From: Callorhinchus milii
Lineage: Eukaryota
Reading direction: 5' to 3'
Length of the DNA: 64,000 bases
NCBI RefSeq assembly: GCF_018977255.1
Contig: NW_024704743.1
Coordinates: forward strand, 102,984,001 to 103,048,000
This document shows positions 24,961-35,884 of this stretch, piece after piece; position 1 is the stretch's first letter; every line of letters begins with the position of its first letter. A program made the position numbers and the translations under genes. Below the pieces are notes generated by a model. That model saw only the letters and a program-made list of their open reading frames with translations. It made no database searches and was not told the origin of the DNA.

Positions 24961-27515
24961 ACAAGATACAAGATGCAGAAAGACTCTGAAGGTAGATATG
25001 ACGGACAGTTTTGAGGATCAATAGAATAGACTAGAAGAGATCCTTGTAATTACATCTTTTCAAATTAATGATTGCTAAAAAACGACATACAGACTTTTGA
25101 AAGGTTTAAATAAGCAGTTTTGAAAAATGGGACAGAATTCTTTCATGGGACAGAAAGAAAAAATCATTCCTGTCTGATGTGAATATGGTAAATGGAAGAT
25201 CAATACAGAATTTGGGCTGGGGCAGGCCAGTGCAAAACTAATAAGGAGTAGAGGGTTACTGAAGTGATCCTTCTTTTCCTAATGACTCAAATGTGACACT
25301 CTAGGAATGGATGAAAGAATGAATGGATTATTTTGCACCTTCGGAACGGGTTAAATTGAGATTTGCTGGGTTGATCTTAGACCCAAAGTTAAACGCTTAT
25401 TCACCTTCATTATATTTAAGCACTCCGAGAGATTAGCTGTGTGAAGGTAGTCTCTCAGAGACATCAAACCCACTATTCAGATCACTGTACTGAGTTGATT
25501 GATCTCAGCCAGGGCAGAAATCCTCAGTGCCCCTGAGTTAAGAAGGTGATCATGAGCCAGAGATCATTATCCAAAGAATCATAGTGGAAGGTACGCATGA
25601 ATGAACATAACACCTGTCCCAGAATAGCCTATCTTCACTGTCAAGGCTCACAAAAAGGAATTCCAATTGTCTCCTTCATTTCATATTGGATCTGTACACC
25701 TCTCTTCTACGCTTGAAACTTTCCACCTCTTTCAGTCTGGGGAGTCTAACCAGTCAAGGCTAGAAAAATCCAAGCATTTACTGTTGACTGCAAATCTACT
25801 TCTTGCTGGTTTTACAGCTCTTGAACAGTCTGACATACTGTAAATCCATTGTGTAGGAAACAAGGCTACCTCCATCTCTGGCTATGATTGCTTACACCGA
25901 GACTGTGGTTCAGATTATAATGAAATTAACATAAGGGAGTACGAAATAAACAAAGGACATCCAGCCCATTCTGCCTGTTGTTTGGAATGGAACTTGCAAA
26001 AATTTGCACTATCATGGATTTGCTCCAATGTATTTAATCTCCTGAGGTAAATTCTCCAATAAAACTCACCAATCTCGAAAAGTAATTGAGAAGAAGTTCT
26101 GGATAGCAATCTAACTTTACAAGTCATATTTTTTTTTACACCTAACCAGTTTTATTCCAGAGATGACATTTCCATGGTCTCAGCAAGACTGGAACTGTGT
26201 TTTACAGAGAATTTGTTATTAGCACCACTGTTACAAAAATGATTGGTAACCTCTACCATACACATCTTTGTATTAAACGCATTCAACATCTTTTGGACTA
26301 AAAGAGGCAATAGGCCTCATATAACTAGAGGTTTGAAATGCTGTGTGGTCTTCACTCTAAAACAACTATCTTAAAAATTCAATATGGCACAGAACTTTGG
26401 AAAAATTATAAATCCTTTTTCAGCTAGGAAACTGTTTTTTCAGTTATTTTTTGAACAACGGTGAGTGAATGCCTTGAAAATTCAGGCATAATTCAAGAAT
26501 TTTCCAAATTTCTGCAAAATCTTGAACGTCAAGATAATCTTGAACTAAAGGCGCACTGCACAAAAAATGTTAGGCCTCAGAATTTCATCCCCTTAATGAT
26601 GAGGCAGGGTAGTGGCCCTAGAGGCAGTGTAGAGGAGAGTAACAAGGATCATCCCCTGTGTTAAAGGAATGAGCTATGAGCTATGACTGGAAAAACTGCC
26701 TCCTCCTACTCCCCTCTTATATCCCTATATTCCCTTCCTCATCAGGTATGTATAGGATATCAACCTAGTTAAAGGATCTAGTCTTCAAAGACATATGAAA
26801 TTCAAAGTGCAACAACAATCCATCATGGTGATGGAACCCAATCAAACAAATCAAAGATCAGGCACAAGCAAGTTAAAGTCTATTTAAAAAAACTCAGACG
26901 TGGAAAAGCTGGTTCACAGGATAAAATAAGATCACATTTTCAAAGCTTATTGAAGAACTAGCTTCTCCCCTTTGCTTATTTATTTCAGCTCTTCCCAATA
27001 AGCATATTTGTAATATCTAAACTGAAGGAGGCAACTTCATTCCAATCTACAAGAGGAAATCAAAATCAGTGGCAGTCAACTGCAGACTGTTACATGACAC
27101 TGCGGTTTGAAGTTTTCTGAGCTGAAACAACCAATGCCGATCATATTCATATCATATTGACACAGTGAAAAATTTACCAAAATGTTGCCATCACTAGAAT
27201 AGTAAATATAACTAGCAGTCAAGTATCGCAAACTCTCTTCAATTACATATATTTAGGTCCTTGGATTGGGAATCACCTCTGAGCTATAATGGAATGAATA
27301 AATAGCAACGGGAATGGCTAGAGGAGGAAGAATCCTCAAGAAAGCTTGTCGACTTGTTACCATGGCAACCTTTAATCTGCCCAGTGTGAGAGATTGCACA
27401 GTTGATTGGCAGAATGCAAAGCAAAAATCACTTTCTGTTAGGATGTTCCCAAGCCACAAATACCATTGGACCTCATTAGGGTGGCCTATTTTATACCAAA
27501 TTCCATCCTCTAGAA

Positions 27516-27596
27516 CAGGGATGGCCAATTTGCAGCCTGCATGACTAATTTCACAATGCTTAATGAAGGCCACAGACCATAAGTTGACTATCTCTG
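27516..27596. mobile_element. 81-bp hAT-Charlie-like MITE
   Basis: Ends CAGGGATGGCCAATT and (reverse complement) CAGAGATAGTCAACT. Left flank CTCTAGAA fits the Charlie NTCTAGAN target preference. Confidence 0.6.
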
Positions 27597-27601
27597 CACT
27601 A

Positions 27602-27830
27602 TTCTCTTTGACCGTGCCTTCAGCTCCCCTCTCAACTCTCTACCCCCTCCTCGCTCCCTCCCTTCCCTCCCCTCACCCTGACCATTTCCCCCCTCCTCGC
27701 TCCCTCCCTTCCCTCCCCTCACCCTGACCACTTCCCCCCTGCTTGGGTCTTGACCCAACTGTACAGCGCCTTGGGACGTCCTCCCGACGTGAAAGGTGCT
27801 CAATAAATGGAATCTTGTTGTTGTTGTTGT
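27602..27830 (+). mobile_element. Young L2 LINE 3' end with two copies of a ~46-bp pyrimidine-rich unit
   Basis: ctctttgaccgtgccttcagctcccc...cagcgccttgggacgtcctcccgacgtgaaagg...aatct(tgt)n. Same subfamily as 32497-34039 and 56932-57521. Confidence 0.92.
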
Positions 27831-27845
27831 AGAATATCAGAGCGA

Positions 27846-28570
27846 TGTGACCAGGATAGCAGTCCCCAACATGATCATGACTGGAAGATTTTTTTGGTCA
27901 ACTGGGTGTCCGATACGTCCGGAAACCTATACTATGCTTGAGTACCCAACCAGATAGAGTTCCACATATCACGTGTATGTATGATACACTTCAGACACAG
28001 AAATGTCTCAGTTTCTGAAATGGAATGTGCACCATCTCCCTGAAGGGTTCCAACATTCTTACCTATTTCCAGAGAATATTTGTAACCTTTCCAGAGAACA
28101 GGTTGACAAGAGCCAAGGCTTGTGCACTGGGGTACTGGTAAGTTTTGACGAGCTAAAACCACATAGCTTGCCTTCGAAAACTGTCTGGTAAGCTTCCCAC
28201 TACTTGGCCAGCTAGATCTAACCTAACAATTGGGGCATTAACTTGCAGGATTAACAGGAGTTGATTGGGAAGAATCCCTTTCCCCCAGTCTGCCCCTCCC
28301 ATGAGCTACAATGGCTCGTCTGACCTTCACAGTCCCTGAAGTACCTTGAGCCCATCTAATTCAGGAAATGACCAACTGAGAACAGCAGAGAATTGACTTA
28401 ATTCTGACATCCTATTGTCAAACATGTCACCTTGGAGCCAGTTCAGGTCCAAGGAGACGCCGCTAACCTCACAACAACAACAACAACAACAACAACAAGA
28501 TTACATTTGTATAGCACCTTTCACATTAGGAGGACGTAACTATGCCCACCAAAGAAGGTATGTGAAAAAC
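27846..28570 (+). mobile_element. Unclassified LTR-like dispersed repeat, copy 1 (short L2 tail inserted at about 28470-28537)
   Basis: Starts TGTGAC. Collinear similarity to 62080-62553 (atggaatgtgcaccatc, cttaccta.ttccaga, gggaagaat, ttcag..ccaagg.gac, ccaaag.aaggt). Confidence 0.6.
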
Positions 28571-28676
28571 ACCAAAGAAATTGTTGGAGCCTGAGTCAGA
28601 TTTTCATATATACACTAGGAATAAAGTCTGTGCACACGGCAGCTCTTTAAAATCTGTAACTTCCATTTATTATGGA

Positions 28677-28975
28677 AGTGGTTAGAGCACTCGCTTTGCA
28701 AGTGAGAGACCTGAGTTCAATTCCAGACAGGGCGAAACCTTGGGCAAGTTTCCTTACTCCACACGCCTAATAATAATCCCTCCAAAACCCAAAACAATAA
28801 TAAATTGGTCATTTTCAATCTACGACTGTTTGTGGGACATTGCTGTGCGCAATTGGCTGCCGCGTTCGCCCACAGATATACAGTCAATTCACTTTACAGT
28901 GTGTTCTGTGAAGCGCTTTGGGACGTCCTCCCGACGTGAAAAGCGCTATATCAAATGCAAGGATTATTATTATTA
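28677..28975 (+). mobile_element. Young tRNA-derived Deu-type SINE, short variant, first ~16 nt missing
   Basis: Near-identical to the reverse complement of 21535-21862. Confidence 0.92.
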
Positions 28976-29467
28976 GTATTATTATTATCCTTGCATTTGA
29001 CGTAACACCTGATCATGTAGTCAGAACACTTCAAAAGATTTACTGTAAAGTGACTGTGCATGTATAGGTGATTGCAGTAGATAATTTGTACACAGCAAAG
29101 TCCCACAAACGTCCATAAAGTGAATAATCGAATTGTTCAGACTTCAGAGAAAATCATTTTGATTCTTTTTGTCTCCTGGTTGGAAATGAACTAATTTTCT
29201 TAATATGTAACATAACTTCAAAATTTATACTGCATTTAATATGATTTTTGTCTACTGGTCTTCAGGCAAATCTTTTGGTTTCCATATTACCTTGTTAACT
29301 TTGATAGCTGCATTCTTACATAACTATGAAAATTAATTGGATGTGATTCTTTTCTATCCTCATCAATTAAAGAGATCTCATTAGTGATAAGTTCCACAGG
29401 CTCCAGCAGCCCTCCAGTACATCTTCAAAATAACCATTACTCATATGTCTAGACAACAGTATACTGG

Positions 29468-29965
29468 GTGTCAGCCTGGCTCAGGTATATCACCTGAGTC
29501 AGAAGGTTGTGTGTTGGGACTTTGAACACATATAGCCTAGGCTCCCACCAATCCAGTTTCAAGAGAGTACTGCATAATTGGAACTGTCATTTTCTCAGAT
29601 GAGATATTAAACCAAGATCATGTCTGCCTGTTGAGATGGACATGAAAGATTTTGTGGATCCATTGAAAAGAGAACAGAGTTTCTCCAAATGACTTGGCCA
29701 AAAATTTACGCCCCTCAAAAACGGTCATTAATTTGTAGGACATTGCTCTGTGCCAATTGACTGCCATGTTTGCATACAAAATACACAATCACTGCATTTT
29801 ACAATAAATTCTGCAACTTGGTATACTGTCCTCTCATTATAATATAGGCTATACCAAAATGCAAGGCTTATTACTTTCATTACCATACATCCTGTGAATT
29901 GCTTTGAGATATTCTCCTGACATAAAAGGTGTAATATCAAAGACAAGGATTATCACTATGAGTAT
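29468..29965 (+). mobile_element. Old Deu-type (SacSINE1-like) SINE with a duplicated tail
   Basis: gtgtcagcctggctcagg...ctgagtcagaaggttgtg...cagatgagatattaaaccaag..., Deu core, then two successive tail-like segments. Confidence 0.7.
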
Positions 29966-30359
29966 TATTATTATGTTTTTATTACACCATTCACATCTGA
30001 CATTCACCTCATGAGATATCTAAACAGATGCTTTTTTTTCTGGGAGACTTCACTGGTTAACAAGCAGAGGACCAAATTTCACATGGTCTTGGACTTAAGA
30101 CCATTAGCTTTACGACCATTAACTTAAAATTTAAGATTGGGCGGAATTTTGGAAAATAGTCTTTCATGGGGTCTTAATTTTCTCCATAATACCAAAAATT
30201 AGTTGCAGAAAATATTACATTGAATTTGTCATGAAATTACACAGTTTCCAATCCTATTTTTATGATCCTTCAGTAAAAGCAGCAAAAGATCTGATCAGCT
30301 CATTGAAAGATGAGGTAGGAGGAAGAATATATGTTCAGTGGGTGATAACATATTAAAAT

Positions 30360-31065
30360 GGTGGAAGAGCAAATAGCTTAGCGGTCAATGTATACAAATC
30401 CTTAAAGGTGAGAAAGCAGGTGGACAAAGTTCTGAAAAGCTAATGGAATTTTATAAATAGGGGTACATAATATAAAAGCTAAAAGGTAATGTTCAACTTA
30501 TATTAATTGTTAGTTAGACAACAATTATAATATTGTATCAAGTATTAGTCACCCTACTTCAGAAAAGACATGATTGGTGTGCAGAGATGTGCAGAGGAGA
30601 GGTGTGCAGAGGAGATTTACTAGGATCTGATTTTGGCCTATAAGCAGAGACTGGAGGAACTGATTTTTTTCTGCTGGAACAAAGAAGGTTAAGGGGTGAA
30701 CTGATAGAGGTCATTAAAATTACGAGTGGTTTTGATAGAGTCAGTAAGGAGAAATTATTTCCACTGGTCAGTAAGTTAGTAACTAGAGTAACATCAATTT
30801 AAGATAGTTATCAAACAAGAAAATGTTAGTAAAATATTTATCATGCAGAGTCATTAGGATATGGAATATCCTATCAGGAGAGAGGTTGAGGCAGAATCCA
30901 TATTGGGCTTTAAGAAGGAATTTGACAAAAAACACCTTAAAAAGTGTCAGGTACATGAATATGGGGAAAGGGCAAGTAAATGGGACTGAGGAAATTGCTC
31001 TTGAGGGAACTGACACAGATGCAATGGGCTGAAAGGTCTTCTTTTGTGCTGTAAATATCTACGGT
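30360..31065 (+). mobile_element. Old CR1 LINE 3' fragment
   Basis: ggagatttactagg...gaacaaagaaggttaaggggtgaactgatagaggtc...cagagtcattaggatatggaat...gatgcaatgggctgaaaggtcttcttttgtgctgt. Confidence 0.8.
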
Positions 31066-31859
31066 TCAATCTGATCCTTTCATTGCTGCAATGTCCTATA
31101 ATTCTATTGTAGGAAAAAACATTGCATGATAATGGAGGCAAACATTTTAAAGAAACTAAAAAGAAAATGTTTGAAAATTAATATTCCTGTGATATCCCTG
31201 TACATTTATAGAGCTTTCCTTCTGGTATAATTTGTGACCCAGAAAGTGTGCAAGAAACCAGGTCACTAGATTCTGGCAAAGCCATTCAATGCTCAGAGAT
31301 GTCTGAGAACCTTTGATTTTGAATTATATACTGGAATAAAAGACCAGACTCCTTTGAGTGTCTCTCACTGACAACCCATTTGTCATCAGGAGCTTGGCAT
31401 ATGGGGAATTGTAAGCAAGAAGCTCTGTCCCACCAACCATAGCAATTTAAGTTTTCAATTCAGAAATAATATTCACATTTTCTTTTACCCATTTGGTGGA
31501 TCACAGCTTTATTCCGCTCCACCAACTCTGCTCCACTTCACTCTCCAGTTCCAATATCAGTGGGCAAGTGTTCAGTCACCTTGTCTCTGCTCTCTGCAAC
31601 ACTTTCCATAAATCCCTCCTCTGCTCCCACCCTTTCCATTTTCAATTTTTTTTTCTAAAAAACACACTTCTTTGATTGCACCTCATTTCGCTCACTCCAC
31701 CTCATGGAGCTAATACGAAACTTCAGTGTCATGATCAATTATCATCTGTCCTTTCATCCCCACATCCAGTTTTTCCCTACCCATGCAACATTGCCTGCAC
31801 CTACCTTTCCCTAGGGCTGCCAAGGCCAATATCAATTCATCACTTCCAGGCTAGATGAC

Positions 31860-32420
31860 ACTAATTCAAAGCATTCAGAACTCTGCAGCTCATGTCCTTT
31901 CTAGCACAAGGCTCGATAATCCTATCACCCCCATCCTAGCCCAATCTCCACTGGCTCCCCATCCCCCAGAGAATTGAGTTCAAGAATCTTGTGTCACTTT
32001 TTGCAGAGGATAAAGTTCAAAATCCTCATCTTTGCCTTCAAAGACTTCTACGGCCTTGCTCCTTCCTACCTCTGACCTGCTAACAGCATATCGACCTGTT
32101 TGCTCCCTCTGCTCAGCCTGCTCCACATGCCCCGCCAGGTCAGCCCCACCATCAGCAGTTGGGCCTTCAGCCTCTCTGCCACCACCCTCTGGAACTCCAT
32201 CCAACAGTCCATTTGTCTTGCACCCTTCCTTGCCTCCTTCGTCTCAAGACCCTCTTCTTTGACCGTGCCTTTGGTCATCCTTCTAACCCTATCCTCCCTG
32301 CCCGCCCCCCCCTCCTACTCCCAACCACCTGCTCGGGTCCAAATCCATGACTGACCAGTGTCTTGGGATGTCCTCTTGACGTGAAAGGTGCTATACAAAT
32401 GTAATTTTACATTGTATTGG
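31860..32420 (+). mobile_element. L2 LINE 3' fragment
   Basis: cagaactctgcagctcatgtcc...cactggctccccatcccccagag...gccttcagcctctctgcc...ttgggatgtcctcttgacgtgaaaggtgct tail. Confidence 0.88.
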
Positions 32421-32496
32421 TTGTATTTACATTGGGATACAAGTCCTCATCATTTGGAATTGCTGATCCTTTGGTCAAAACATGTCTGGAAATACT

Positions 32497-34039
32497 CAAT
32501 AACAACAAGATTCCATTTATAGAGCGCGTTTCACGTCAGGAGGACGTCCCAAGGCGCTGTACAGTTGGGTCAGGACTCGAGCAGGGGTGAAATAGTCAGG
32601 GTGAGGGGAGAGAAGGGAGGGAGCGAGGCGGGGGTAGAGAGTCGAGAGGGGAGCTGAAGGCACGATCAAAGAGAAGGGTCTTGAACCTGGCCTTGAAGGA
32701 GGAAAGGGAGGAAGCAAGGCTAAGGCACTGGGGGATAGAGTTCGAGAGCCTAGGGGCTGAGAGGCTGAAGGCCCGGCCACCAATGGTAGGGCGGTTGGGG
32801 CGGGGGATGTGGAGCAGACTGGAGCCAGAGGAACGGAGGGTACGGGCAGGTAAGTAGGGGGATAGTAGGTCAGAGAGGTAGGAGGGAGCAAGGCCGTGAA
32901 TGGCCTTGTAGGTGAGGATGAGGATCCTGAATTTGATCCTCTGGGGGATGGGGAGCCAGTGGAGGTGAGCGAGGGTGGGAGTGGTGTGGTCCCGAAGCCT
33001 GGTGCAGGACAGTACATGAGCTGCAGAGTTCTGAATGACCTGCAGCTTGTGGAGGGAGGTGCCGGGAAGGCCGGCGAGGAGAGAGTTCCCATAGTCCAGC
33101 CTTGAGGTGATAAAGGCGTGGACCAGAGTTTCAGCAACGTGAGGGGTGAGGTAGTGCCGCAGTCTGGCGATGTTCCGGAGGTGATGGAAGGCGGTGCCAG
33201 TTGTGGCGCAGATATGAGGAAGAAAGGACAGCTCAGGATCAAACAGAACACCAAGGTTCCTGACTCGCTTTGAGAGGTGGAGAGTACAGCCTTGGATGCT
33301 GATTCTGTCAGTGCCTGAGGTGCGGAGGCGCTGATGCGAGCCAATCAGGAGGGCCTCAGTTTTACGCACGTTGAGCTGACGAAAGTTGTCTCTCGTCCAG
33401 GACTCAATGTCAGACAGGCAGGCTGTCAGGACATCAGTGGTCGTGGAGTTGAAGGTACAGGAGGAAAGGTAGAGTTGGGTGTCATCCGCATACATGTGGA
33501 AATTAACCCCATGTCTGCGGATGATGTCACCAAGGGGGAGCATGTAGAGGGTGAAGAGGAGGGGACCGAGGACAGAGCCCTGAGGGACACCACATGAGAC
33601 AGTGCGGGGGGTGGAGGAAAAGCCATTCATGGAAACAAAGTGAAGACAGTGGGAGAGGTACGACCTAAGCCACTCAAGGACAGGGCCTTGAAGGTTGAGG
33701 TGGGACGACAAGCGGTGGAGGAGGATAGCGTGGTCGACCGTATCGAATGCTGCCGATAGGTCGAGGAGGACGAGGAGGCAGAGGGAGTCCTGGTCACAGA
33801 TGGTCAGGATGTCATTGGTGACCTTGACCAGGGCAGTTTCTGTGCTATGGGCAGCACGGAAACCCGACTGAAGGGGTTCGAATAATGAATGGGTGGAGAG
33901 GAAATAGCGCAGCTGGAAGGCGACAACTCTTTCAAGGACCTTGGACAGGAAGGGGAGGTTGGAGATGGGTTGGTAGCTTGATAGCTGTGACGCATCAAGA
34001 GAGGGTTTTTTCAAGGTGGGAGTGATCGTGGCAGTTTTT
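32497..34039 (-). mobile_element. Young 5'-truncated L2 LINE with an uninterrupted reverse-transcriptase ORF2 segment (about 480 codons)
   Basis: RT motifs [40 protein letters not shown] and YADD; L2 C-terminus [13 protein letters not shown]; 3' stem-loop and (CAA)n tail. No endonuclease domain. Confidence 0.95.
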
Positions 34040-34084
34040 GCACTCATGTGCATTACCGTGAAAAATCTATTAATACAATTAAAG

Positions 34085-34530
34085 AGGAAATGAAGGGGAA
34101 AGGGTAGGATCAGGGAGGGTGGAGTGCAGGGAGGGAGTGCAAAGTGAGAAACTATGGGATGGGAGATCCAAAGGATGGGGGCAGAGAGCCTGAAGGCCTG
34201 ATTGCCAATGTTGGGGCAGGCCAGACAGGGGATGTGGAGCAGACCAGAGCCTGCTGAGTGGAGGGTGTGGACAGGTTGATATGGGGCTAGCAGGTCACCA
34301 AGATAGGAAGGAGCAAGGCCACGGAAGGCCTTGAAGGCAGGGACGAGGATTTTGAACTCTATGCCCATCCCCCAAAGAACTCTATTCTTTGGGGGATGGG
34401 CAGCCAGTGCAGTCAGGCAAGGATGAGGGTGATAAGGTTACAGAGCCTGGTGCAGGAGAGGACACGAGCTTCAGAGTTCTGGATGAACTGCAGCTTGTGG
34501 AGGAAAGATTTGGGAAGGCCAACAAGCAGG
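34085..34530 (-). mobile_element. Older L2 LINE 3' fragment adjacent to the young L2
   Basis: Peptide [45 protein letters not shown] is the L2 C-terminus. It supplies the spurious N-terminus of the 590-aa ORF. Confidence 0.85.
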
Positions 34531-35244
34531 GAGTTACAATTCTACTTAGTGCCAATTTGCCATTGGCTTGCCATTCAAATCTATTCAAGACTGTTTTTGC
34601 TTTCCGCCAGCATTTAAGTGAGTTCTAGTCCAACTGTGCATCTCACTGACACCCAAATCAGTTAATGTGCAAGTGGTCAAGCACGAAATATGCAAAGAGA
34701 ACTGATTAGCCACTGTGTAGCACCTCACCTAAAAGAAACGGTAAGACAGAAACCTCAGACTGCAGTATCAAGACAATCACAAGTTGGAGTGCTGCTCTAT
34801 CAGTGATAGCATTAAGGTTGAACATGGCATCTTGAGATTTTTGTGGATTTCAGGAGTTGAGGAAGACATTGTAGTCGGTCATATTATTGTTAAAATGAAG
34901 AGATAACAAGGCTAATACAGTTAAGCAGGGATATAAATAGATTTAGAATGAAAAAGTAGGGTGTGTTTTGTAGGAAGACAGCAGCCAGTTTGCGCACACT
35001 AATGTCGCACAAACAGCCACTAAGTGGAAACAAGAAGTTTTATTTGGGGGATTATTGTCAACAAGGGAACTTTGATTATTGCTAATGCCCACTGAATAAA
35101 TAATAAATAATGAATAATAGATTGTGGCAATCTATTTGACTGATTTGAAATTCACAAGTGATTTGTAGATTTCTTAAAAGTGAAGTTACTATAAGTCACG
35201 TCTGTTAACTACCCGTGTTTAAGTTATTACAATTGTGACTTTGA

Positions 35245-35880
35245 TATGATAATAATAATCTTTGCAAATGAAATGATACATTATCATATAATCAATATGT
35301 CTCAAAGCATTTCATGGGATTTACTATGAAGTACAGTAACTGTATATTTGTAGGCAAATGTGTGGGCCCAGCATTGTCCCATAACAGCCATGAAATGAAT
35401 GATCAATTTTATTCAGATGACTGTTGGCCAAGATACAAGGAGAGAATCCTCTTTTCTTTCCAAATGCTGCCATGAGACCTTTAATGTCCACCCAAACCTC
35501 AGTTTGAAGACTTACCTGAAGGACATTTAGGTGTCAGCCATAAGGTTGTGGGTTCAAGCTCCACATCGGGACCTTGAACTTACAGACAATGCTGATGATG
35601 AAATACAGTGCAGTATTGTTGGAACTGCCTTCCCCCGAAATAGATGCTAAACCAAGATTCTGTCTGCCTGTTCAGATGGATCTTAAAGATCCCATGGCAC
35701 AACTCAAAAAGAAAAGGGAATTTCTTCTGGTATTCTGGGAACAATCCCACAGTTAAATTTGGTCATTCACTTCAGGCTATTTGTGGGATACTATTGTGCA
35801 CAAATTAGCTGCCATATTCACCTCTACATACAGTCATCACACTTTGCAATAAATCATGTGAAGCGCTTTGATATATTATG
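35245..35880. mobile_element. Two old Deu-type SINEs in divergent (head-to-head) orientation
   Basis: Minus copy at about 35245-35530 (tail aataataatctttgcaaatg); plus copy at about 35530-35880 (ggtgtcagcc...aaggttgtgggttcaagc...aaagatcccatggcac). Confidence 0.7.
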
Positions 35881-35884
35881 TTAA

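Noticed and set aside
32517..33344. Pro/Ser-rich 275-aa ORF (and the similar 181-aa ORF at 56978-57523)
   Set aside because: These are alternative reading frames of the C-rich L2 sense strand.
32596..34368. 590-aa ORF as a novel gene
   Set aside because: It is a chimera: the N-terminal ~110 codons come from an older L2 3' fragment and spacer that happen to be in frame with a truncated L2 RT.
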